Part shown: positions 22,892 through 29,548 of the stretch, piece after piece | Layout: every line of letters begins with the position of its first letter | How positions within the stretch are numbered: the stretch's first letter is position 1 | NCBI GenBank assembly: GCA_022646745.1 | Contig: CP060262.1 | Coordinates: forward strand, 780,001-812,000 | Source of the DNA: Planctomycetales bacterium | GTDB lineage: Bacteria; 4484-113; JAFGCY01 | Reading direction: 5' to 3' | Length of the DNA: 32,000 nucleotides | The notes under the pieces: model-generated | What the model was told of the DNA's origin: nothing | Seen by the model: only the letters and a program-made list of their open reading frames with translations | Databases searched by the model: none | Made by a program: the position numbers and the translations under genes

Positions 22892-23509
22892 ATGGTCAGG
22901 ACCACGGCCCTCACGGAGCAGCAGAAGCTCGAGCTGCGCGAACGCATCCTCGAATGCGCGATGAACATCCTCGCGCAGGACGGGGCGCACGGGCTGAGCA
23001 TGCGCCGGCTGGCAACTGATGTCGGCTTCTCCACGATGGTGCTGTACAACTTCTTCCGTGACAAGGAAGAGATCATCACCGCACTCTACCTGCGTGGCTT
23101 CGAGGAACTGGGGGCGGAGCTTAAGGCCGTGCGCCGCTTCAGCGATGCGCAGCGCCACATTGAGGCGCTCGGCCATGCCTACCGCCGCTTCGCCCTGAAG
23201 CGCCCGGCCTGCTACCAGCTGATGTTCGGCACGCCGGTACGCGAGTTCACACCAGACCAGGACTGCCTCGAGAAGAGCTACCTGTGCATGGAGGTGCTGA
23301 TCGGCGCTGTCAACGAGGGTGTCACACAGGGACTGTTCATTGAGCTGCCGGTGGAAATGATCGTGCTGCAGCTCTGGAGCGCCGTGCACGGGATGGTCAG
23401 CCTCGAGCTGCGCGGCTACTTCGAGACCCGTGCCGACGCCACTGCGGCATTCGAGATCCGTGTGGAGACCGCCCTGCGTGGACTGCAGAAGGAAATCGCC
23501 GAGTGTTGA
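22892..23509 (+). CDS. TetR/AcrR-family transcriptional regulator
   Basis: ATG at 22892; the ORF-track start 22853 is a TTG. The N-terminal HTH is RERILECAMNILAQDGAHGLSMRRLATDVGFSTMVLYNFFRDKEEI, followed by a helical ligand-binding domain. Confidence 0.88.
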   Translation: MVRTTALTEQQKLELRERILECAMNILAQDGAHGLSMRRLATDVGFSTMVLYNFFRDKEEIITALYLRGFEELGAELKAVRRFSDAQRHIEALGHAYRRFALKRPACYQLMFGTPVREFTPDQDCLEKSYLCMEVLIGAVNEGVTQGLFIELPVEMIVLQLWSAVHGMVSLELRGYFETRADATAAFEIRVETALRGLQKEIAEC

Positions 23510-23988
23510 TCGGACTTTTGGCAACTTTGGTCAGCAGCTTTGTACTGCTGTTGATGATTGGAAGAAGATGGCCCGCAAGCGGACTGTCCGCTCAACGCAG
23601 CGGCATGCTGGCAATGGCTCTGCTTTTCCTGATAACGGGCAGCGTGCATTTCGCCATGACTGATGGAATGGCAAGGATGATTCCCGAATTCATGCCTGCC
23701 CCCAACCTGATCGTCATCCTCAGCGGAGTGGCGGAAATTGCGCTTGCTGTTGGTCTGGCAATCCCCCGCACATCTCGCATGGCAGCTGCCGCAGCCATCT
23801 TCTTCCTGGTGGCGGTTCTGCCTGTCAACATCCACAGCGCTGTGAACCATGTGGACTTCGGCGGACATTCCGCCGGTCCCAGCTACCTGCTGTTGCGTAT
23901 TCCCTTCCAGTTGCTCTTGATTTCGTGGCTCTGGTGGTTCGGGATCCGCAGGCCGGCAAAAAACCAGCTACAGCAGCCCGCTTCCTGA
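23503..23988 (+). CDS. DoxX-like small membrane protein (4 TM)
   Basis: GTG start overlapping the TetR stop by 7 nt. There are four hydrophobic helices. HF ... MP ... LSGVAEIALAVGLAIP ... VAVLPVNIHSA resembles DoxX-like family proteins. The assignment is by resemblance. Confidence 0.65.
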   Translation: MLIGLLATLVSSFVLLLMIGRRWPASGLSAQRSGMLAMALLFLITGSVHFAMTDGMARMIPEFMPAPNLIVILSGVAEIALAVGLAIPRTSRMAAAAAIFFLVAVLPVNIHSAVNHVDFGGHSAGPSYLLLRIPFQLLLISWLWWFGIRRPAKNQLQQPAS

Positions 23989-23996
23989 GCTCGTGA

Positions 23997-25529
23997 TTAC
24001 CCCTTGTCATCAAGCAGGCTGCTTCCGTCCCAGCTTGCCGGCTTGTCGATGCCCAGCAGCTCGAGGATGGTCGGGGCCACGTCGCGCAGCGACCATTGCG
24101 CCGGGGGTTTGAGTTCCCTGCGCGGCTCGCTGACAAGTACGAAAGGCGAGTCGTTCATGCTGTGCTGCGTATGTGGCGTGCCGTCCGGCCAGGTCAGCAC
24201 ATCGCAGTTGCCATGGTCGGCGGTGACGATCACCGTAACCTGCTCACCCCAGCCGGCTTCATCCAGCACTCGCCTCAGGCAGGCATCCACCGTTTCGCAG
24301 GCCGCGATGCAGGCCTGCTTCACGCCGGTGTGCCCGACCATGTCGCCATTGGCGTAATTGACAACGTACAGGTCGTGACCTTGCTGCTGCATGTCCTCCA
24401 CCAGCCTGTCCGTCACCTCACTGACGGACATTTCCGGCTGCAGGTCGTAGGTCGCAACTTTGGGGCTCGGCACCAGCACACGCTCCTCGCCGGGCCAGGG
24501 CTTTTCCAGCCCTCCGTTGAAGAAGTAGGTCACATGCGCGTACTTCTCGGTCTCGGCACTCTTGTAAGTCGTCAGGCCATGCTGGCTGACAACCTGTGCG
24601 AGTGTCTCGTCCACGGTGTCACGGCTGATCAGCACCGGATTGCCAAAATGCGCTTCGTAGCGCCGGACGGAGAACAGTGGCAGCGGGCTGTAGTCGCCCC
24701 GGTCGAAGCCCTCGAAGTCCGGCTGGGTCCAGGCGGCCACGCTCTGGCGCATGCGGTCGGCACGGAAGTTGAAGCAGAGGATGCGGTCATCCGCTTCAAA
24801 GCCGGCGTAGTCACCGATCACCGTGGGGGTGATGAATTCATCGCCCTCGTCCCGGTTGCGCGCGGCGGCGACCGCGGTCTGCCAGTCCCTGGCAACCGGC
24901 CCCATCCCATGCGTGATCACGTCCCAGTGCTGCTGGGTGCGCTCCCAGCGGTGGTCGCGGTCCATCAGGAAGTAGCGCCCGCCGACGGAAGCGAAGAATG
25001 CGTTGTCAGGCAGCTCGCGTTGCGCCAGCTCGAAATACTGCTCGCAGCACTTCGGTGCGGTATCGCGCCCGTCGGTCAGTGCATGGATCGCGATGCGCCG
25101 GACACCGACAGAGGCTGCATGCCTGGCCAGGCCGAGCAGGTGATTGATATGGCTGTGGATACCACCGTCGCTGAACAGGCCAATGAAATGCAGCGTGCCG
25201 CCGCTGTCATGCATCGGTGCGAGGAATTCATTGAGCGGGCCATGCGTTGCCAGCTCGCCGGCATCGATCAGGCGCGTCACCTCCAGCAGGTCCTGGCGCA
25301 CCACGCGTCCGGCGCCGAGGTTCAGGTGCCCGACCTCGCTGTTGCCCATCTGGCCCTCCATCAGGCCGACATGCGTGCCGTGCGGAATCAGCCGCGTGTG
25401 CGGGTATTCCCGCCAGATACGGTCCCAGGTGGGGGTGTTGGCGAGGTCGATCGCCGAATTGGATGGATCCTCGGCGAGGCCCCAGCCATCGAGGATCAGC
25501 AGGAGAACGGGTTTGTCAGCGCGTGGCAT
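23997..25529 (-). CDS. gpmI: 2,3-bisphosphoglycerate-independent phosphoglycerate mutase
   Basis: Diagnostic motifs are LLILDGWG, MGNSEVGHLNLGAGR, HFIGLFSDGGIHSH, ALTDGRDT, NGDMVGHTG and VTADHGN. Confidence 0.93.
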   Translation of the reverse strand: MPRADKPVLLLILDGWGLAEDPSNSAIDLANTPTWDRIWREYPHTRLIPHGTHVGLMEGQMGNSEVGHLNLGAGRVVRQDLLEVTRLIDAGELATHGPLNEFLAPMHDSGGTLHFIGLFSDGGIHSHINHLLGLARHAASVGVRRIAIHALTDGRDTAPKCCEQYFELAQRELPDNAFFASVGGRYFLMDRDHRWERTQQHWDVITHGMGPVARDWQTAVAAARNRDEGDEFITPTVIGDYAGFEADDRILCFNFRADRMRQSVAAWTQPDFEGFDRGDYSPLPLFSVRRYEAHFGNPVLISRDTVDETLAQVVSQHGLTTYKSAETEKYAHVTYFFNGGLEKPWPGEERVLVPSPKVATYDLQPEMSVSEVTDRLVEDMQQQGHDLYVVNYANGDMVGHTGVKQACIAACETVDACLRRVLDEAGWGEQVTVIVTADHGNCDVLTWPDGTPHTQHSMNDSPFVLVSEPRRELKPPAQWSLRDVAPTILELLGIDKPASWDGSSLLDDKG

Positions 25530-25568
25530 TTGGAGAGTATAAGAGCGGGAGGAGCGAGAGGAGGAAGA

Positions 25569-25668
25569 TTAACCACAGAGAGCACTGAGGACACTAAGAG
25601 CACAGAAATGATTATGTATTCTTTGCCGACCAGAATTCCTCTGTGCTCTCTGTGTTCTCTGTGGTTAG
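25569..25668. repeat. Imperfect inverted repeat whose arms are 9-bp tandem units (RRCACAGAG / CTCTGTGYT); REP/MITE-like element
   Basis: The left arm is TTAACCACAGAG AGCACTGAG GACACTAAG AGCACAGAA (25569-25608). The right arm is CTCTGTGCT CTCTGTGTT CTCTGTGGTTA (25640-25668). The outer 12 nt TAACCACAGAGA/TCTCTGTGGTTA and the inner 9 nt GAGCACAGA/TCTGTGCTC are perfectly complementary. The stop codon of CDS 25612-26532 sits in the loop. Confidence 0.7.
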
Positions 25669-26532
25669 GTTCTCCGTGTTCTCCTCCCCCTCTCTGATCT
25701 CCAGCTCCCCCCAGGCAAGCTCTCCCCCCACCAGCTCGCTGCAGCGCACCAGCGCCTGCGGTTCCTCGCCTGCGCGCGGGTCCGTGCCGCAGAACAAGAG
25801 ACCACCGAGCATGATGCGGCCTGTCGCCGTCACGCTGCCGCCGCTGAGGATGCCGGCCCCGCTGCTCAGCTCGCCGCCGCAGTCAATGCTCGCACCGCAG
25901 CGGATGCCATCCTGCCCGCCGCAGTCCTGCCCGCTGCTTATGCCGCCGCGCGACTCCAGCAGCCCACCGCTCCAGATCCGGCCACCGGCCGTGATGGAAC
26001 CGCCGCTGTACAGCCAGCCGCCGGCGGCAATGCTACGGGCCACATCAATGTCGCCGCCCACGCTGATCGCCGCCCGGGCCAGTACGGAAGATGTGCTCGA
26101 AAGAGTGCTATCCACGCGGATCGCCTGGTCCACCTGCAGTGAATCCTGCAGCTCGAGCGAGCCGCCGCAGCGCAGCTCACCGCCTACCTTGATCCGGCTG
26201 CCGGGGAAACTGCGCAGGTCCCCACGCAGGCGCAGAGATCCGGGGAAGAACAGCTCACCAAGCCCGCCTTCAATATCAATGTCCCCCAGCCACTGGTCCA
26301 GGCGGTGCTCGCCGCTGTAACTGAGCGACTCATCGAAGTCAGCACGCGTAAGCGTCAGGCTCGGGATCAGCTCGAGGCTCTGCTCCTCCGGCTCATCCGG
26401 TTCAAAGCCCGGCAGCGGCAGCTCGGGGTACTTGCCCTGGCCGCGGTCCAGCTCCGGCGGCAGCTCATCCTGCGCCAGGAGTGGGCTGGCGGGCAGCAGC
26501 AGCAAGGCCATCAGCAGGCTGAGGAAACTCAT
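25612..26532 (-). CDS. Secreted protein with hexapeptide-period Gly-rich beta-helix-like repeats
   Basis: ATG at 26532; 26538 is a GTG. The signal peptide is MSFLSLLMALLLLPASPLLA-QDE. The central region is GGWLYS GGSITA GGRIWS GGLLES RGGISS ... GASIDC GGELSS GAGILS GGSVTA TGRIML GGLLFC, a strict 6-residue period with an aliphatic residue at position 4. The C-terminal tail ENTENLTTENTESTEEF is encoded by the repeat element at 25640-25668. Confidence 0.7.
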   Translation of the reverse strand: MSFLSLLMALLLLPASPLLAQDELPPELDRGQGKYPELPLPGFEPDEPEEQSLELIPSLTLTRADFDESLSYSGEHRLDQWLGDIDIEGGLGELFFPGSLRLRGDLRSFPGSRIKVGGELRCGGSLELQDSLQVDQAIRVDSTLSSTSSVLARAAISVGGDIDVARSIAAGGWLYSGGSITAGGRIWSGGLLESRGGISSGQDCGGQDGIRCGASIDCGGELSSGAGILSGGSVTATGRIMLGGLLFCGTDPRAGEEPQALVRCSELVGGELAWGELEIREGEENTENLTTENTESTEEFWSAKNT

Positions 26533-26702
26533 TCGCACAGCTGATTCTATCCCGCTGCATTAAGTGTTCGTTCACTTCCCGCCAAGCCACTCAAGCGCTG
26601 GTGCAAGCCTTCCGATCTACAAGCCAGATACAGCACTGGAACCCAGAAAGCCGGGGAAAAGGATAAATGCGGAAAAAACCGCCAGTTTTTCCTGAATTGC
26701 CC

Positions 26703-26729
26703 TAAAGCAGTGGAATTTCGCGCCGATGG
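26703..26729 (+). promoter_or_regulatory. Sigma-28 (FliA)-type promoter upstream of flgM
   Basis: The sequence reads TAAA (26703-26706), a 15-nt spacer (gcagtggaatttcgc), then GCCGATGG (26722-29). The consensus is TAAA-N15-GCCGATAA. It lies 116 nt upstream of the flgM ATG. flgM is a classical sigma-28-dependent gene. Confidence 0.6.
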
Positions 26730-26844
26730 AAGAGTTGTGGCGCAATTGCGACCATTGCCCGGGCGGCATTCGGCATGTCTGGATCAGGCCGTCGGGAGAA
26801 GAGTGGACAAGTTGGAAGCTTGGAACCTTTAGGAAGTGAGTGCT

Positions 26845-27138
26845 ATGAGAATACCTGACATAAAGGGAATGATCTCCCTTGCCAAGGACCTTCACGAGAG
26901 TCCGACCCGCGTCCCCGCGCAGCGCAGCGCAGCGCCGCAGCGGCCCGGGGACAGCATCGAGCTGTCCAGCCAGGGCCAGCAGGTGCAGAAGCTCACCGCC
27001 CAGCGCAGTGACCAGAGCCAGCGTGCCTCGATGGTGGCGGCCCTGAAGAGCCAGTTCGAGCGCGGTGAAATGAAACTCGACCAGCAGGCCACCGCCGAGG
27101 CGATGGTCTCCGAGGGTATCTTCGATGACCTCATCTGA
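26845..27138 (+). CDS. flgM: Anti-sigma-28 factor FlgM
   Basis: ATG at 26845 with an AGGAAG SD 8 nt upstream; the ORF-track start is a GTG at 26836. DSIELSSQGQQV and the C-terminal RASMVAALKSQFERGEMKLDQQATAEAMV match the FlgM pattern (V.LS..a ... kV..lk..I..G.Y.vD...iA..m). The size and the position before flgN-flgK fit. Confidence 0.8.
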   Translation: MRIPDIKGMISLAKDLHESPTRVPAQRSAAPQRPGDSIELSSQGQQVQKLTAQRSDQSQRASMVAALKSQFERGEMKLDQQATAEAMVSEGIFDDLI

Positions 27139-27610
27139 TCCCGCATCCGCTGAGCTGCATGAACTGCTCAGCCGTGAGCTGGACCTGATGGACCAGCTGG
27201 CGGACGTGATGCAGCGCAAGCAGCGCCTGCTGGTGGCCAGCAGCACCGCGGGACTTGCGGAACTGAGCCACCAGGAGGAGGAGCTGGCCCAGCGCCTGGC
27301 CCGCCTCGAACGGCAGCGCATCGCACTCGTGGCCCGGCAGCACGGCCTCGACCCGCAGGATGCGGCCCGGCTCAGTGCCGCGGAGTCCAGCGGGGACGCG
27401 CAGCTGGACGAGCTGGCCGGCGGGATGCGCCTGCGCATCGACGAGCTGCAGCAGCTGCAGGATGACAACCGGGTGCTGACCGAGCGCCTGGTGGAGTACG
27501 GCGAGCTCGTGCTGAGGCTCGTCACCCAGGGCGAGGGCCAGCCCGGCTACAACAGCCATGGCCGCCCGGCGGAGGGCTCGCGCCGCGAGCTGCTCAACTG
27601 CCGCGTCTGA
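27125..27610 (+). CDS. flgN: Flagellar export chaperone FlgN-family protein
   Basis: It overlaps flgM by 14 nt. It is helical and Leu/Gln/Glu-rich: LHELLSRELDLMDQLADVMQRKQRLLVASSTAGLAELSHQEEELAQRLARLERQR ... LQQLQDDNRVLTERL. This is the usual FlgN composition and its position immediately before flgK. The assignment rests partly on synteny. Confidence 0.7.
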   Translation: MTSSDPASAELHELLSRELDLMDQLADVMQRKQRLLVASSTAGLAELSHQEEELAQRLARLERQRIALVARQHGLDPQDAARLSAAESSGDAQLDELAGGMRLRIDELQQLQDDNRVLTERLVEYGELVLRLVTQGEGQPGYNSHGRPAEGSRRELLNCRV

Positions 27611-27636
27611 CAACCCGACAACAACGGAAATGACAA

Positions 27637-27662
27637 CAGGCCCTGCCGCAAGGCGGGGCCTG
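27637..27662 (+). other. Stable stem-loop after flgN with no U-tract
   Basis: CAGGCCCTGCC gcaa GGCGGGGCCTG forms an 11-bp stem with one U-G pair and a GNRA-type loop. It is followed by TCTGCGTCC, so it is not a canonical intrinsic terminator. Confidence 0.45.
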
Positions 27663-27674
27663 TCTGCGTCCGGC

Positions 27675-27701
27675 TCAAGTCCACCAATATCCCGCCGATA
27701 A
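27675..27701 (+). promoter_or_regulatory. Sigma-28 (FliA)-type promoter upstream of flgK
   Basis: The sequence reads TCAA (27675-78), a 15-nt spacer (gtccaccaatatccc), then GCCGATAA (27694-27701). The -10 element matches 8 of 8 and the -35 core 3 of 4. It lies 36 nt upstream of the flgK ATG. flgKL is sigma-28 dependent in enteric bacteria. Confidence 0.65.
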
Positions 27702-27736
27702 ACATTGCAGGAGATATGTGACAAGGATGGTGTCGG

Positions 27737-29545
27737 ATGCTTCGTGGAACCTTCCTCGGGCTTGAGACCAGCAAGAAGGGCCTCCTCACGGCCCGCGCCG
27801 CGCTGGACGTTACCGGGCACAACATTGCCAATGCGAACACGGAGGGCTACAGCCGCCAGCGCGTGAACATCAGCGCCAGCGACCCGCTGTCCTTCCCCGG
27901 TGCGTTCGTGACGATCCGCCCCGGCCAGGTTGGCACGGGTGCGACCGTGACCTCGATCACGCGCATCCGCAGCATTTTCATCGAGAGCCAGCTGCACCAG
28001 GAGAACGGCCGCAGCACGCTGTACCAGACGATGAGCGACGCCTACATCCGCGTGGAGGACATCTTCAACGAGCCCTCCGAGAACGGGCTGAACTCGCTGA
28101 TGGACAACTTCTTCAACGCCTGGGAGGACCTCTCGAACGACCCGGAGAGTGCCAGCACCCGCACCAACCTGGCGCAGGCCGGGCTGGCAATGACCGAATT
28201 CGTCAACGAGCAGGACCGCCGCCTCGACCGCGAGGTGATGAACATCAACGAGCAGCTGCAGGACCGCGTTGACAGGCTCAACCAGCTCAACAGCCAGATC
28301 GCGGTGATCAACAAGCAGATCATCCAGATCGAGAGCGGCGGTGACAACGGCCAGATGAAGGCCAATGACCTGATGGACCAGCGCGACCGCATGATCGAGG
28401 AGGTCAGCAACATCATCAATGCCCGCGTGCAGTTCAACAACGACGGCAGCGTGAGCGTGCTGGTGCAGGGCCACCCGATGGTCAGCGGCGTGGACTTCCA
28501 CGAGATCCGCCTGCAGCAGAACCAGCAGGACCTGACCCGGCCCTACATCGAGTTCAGCAAGTCGCGCATCCGGCTGGACATCCGCTCCGGCGAACTGGGC
28601 GGGATGCTGCAGATGCGCGACGTGGAGCTGCCAACTGTGCGCCTCGAGCAGGAGAAGCTGGTGACGGCCTTCACCAACCGTGTCAACAAGCTGCACATCG
28701 CCGGTTATGGCCTGGACGGCCTGCAGGGGCGCAGCTTCTTCACCGACTATCGCACGGAGCAGTACGGCGGCAGCACGGCGCTGCCGGCCGGCACGACGCT
28801 GGACACCACCCTGGACCAGCTCGGCTTCACCAGCGGCGACTTCTTCATCCAGGGCCAGCGCATCGAGATCACCCCCGGCGAGGTACTGGCCAGCACCGCG
28901 ATCACGCTGGGTGACCTGTTCCAGCGCATCGAGCAGGCGACGCAGGACGTGCGCGTCAGCATCGACGGCTCGCTCGGCTTTGACCGGGTGGTGTTCGAGC
29001 AGTACAACCCGGTTGACGCGGACACCACCCTGAAGATCAAGGACGGCTCTAGCAACTTCTTTGAGCAGCTCGGGCTGGATAACGCCACGCACCAGACATT
29101 CTTCCTCGATCCGCCTTACCGCAACTCACTTGCCAACTTCGGGCTCAACCCGCAGGTCCTCTCCGACCTGGACAGCATCGCGGCCGCCGGTGATGACGGC
29201 ACGGGCTTCCCCGGCCCCGGTGACAACCGCACCGCGCTGGCGATCGCTGACCTGCGCAATGACAACAAGGCGCTTCTGAACTCCAGCTTCGGCGAGTACT
29301 ACCAGGGCCTCGTCTCCAGCATCGGCGCCACGGCACTGACCGCGCAGCGCAGCCATACCACCCAGACGCTTGTGGTGGAGCAGCTGGTGGAGCGCCGCCT
29401 CGAGATCAGCGGTGTCAACCTGGACGAGGAAGCCGTCAACATCGTCAAGTACCAGTCCGCCTACGAAGCGAACGCCCGGGCGCTGAACGTGGTGGACGAG
29501 GTGCTGGACCTGATCGTCAACCGTCTCGGCACGGTGGGCAGGTAA
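27737..29545 (+). CDS. flgK: Flagellar hook-associated protein 1 (hook-filament junction protein FlgK)
   Basis: AAGGA SD 9 nt upstream. The N-terminus is FLGLETSKKGLLTARAALDVTGHNIANANTEGYSRQRV. The C-terminus is SGVNLDEEAVNIVKYQSAYEANARALNVVDEVLDLIVNRLG. Both are FlgK hallmarks. Confidence 0.92.
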   Translation: MLRGTFLGLETSKKGLLTARAALDVTGHNIANANTEGYSRQRVNISASDPLSFPGAFVTIRPGQVGTGATVTSITRIRSIFIESQLHQENGRSTLYQTMSDAYIRVEDIFNEPSENGLNSLMDNFFNAWEDLSNDPESASTRTNLAQAGLAMTEFVNEQDRRLDREVMNINEQLQDRVDRLNQLNSQIAVINKQIIQIESGGDNGQMKANDLMDQRDRMIEEVSNIINARVQFNNDGSVSVLVQGHPMVSGVDFHEIRLQQNQQDLTRPYIEFSKSRIRLDIRSGELGGMLQMRDVELPTVRLEQEKLVTAFTNRVNKLHIAGYGLDGLQGRSFFTDYRTEQYGGSTALPAGTTLDTTLDQLGFTSGDFFIQGQRIEITPGEVLASTAITLGDLFQRIEQATQDVRVSIDGSLGFDRVVFEQYNPVDADTTLKIKDGSSNFFEQLGLDNATHQTFFLDPPYRNSLANFGLNPQVLSDLDSIAAAGDDGTGFPGPGDNRTALAIADLRNDNKALLNSSFGEYYQGLVSSIGATALTAQRSHTTQTLVVEQLVERRLEISGVNLDEEAVNIVKYQSAYEANARALNVVDEVLDLIVNRLGTVGR

Positions 29546-29548
29546 CTC

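Noticed and set aside
24096-25697. 533-aa plus-strand ORF
   Set aside because: It is antisense to gpmI, whose catalytic motifs are all present on the minus strand. Its tail is generated by the 9-bp repeat element.
26617-27525. 302-aa minus-strand ORF
   Set aside because: It is Ser/Cys/Arg-rich nonsense antisense to flgM and flgN. It also spans the flgM promoter region.
27131-29092. 653-aa minus-strand ORF
   Set aside because: It is antisense to flgN and flgK, which have unmistakable FlgK N- and C-terminal motifs. Its composition (V/A/L/G/R/H/Q) is characteristic of a shadow ORF.
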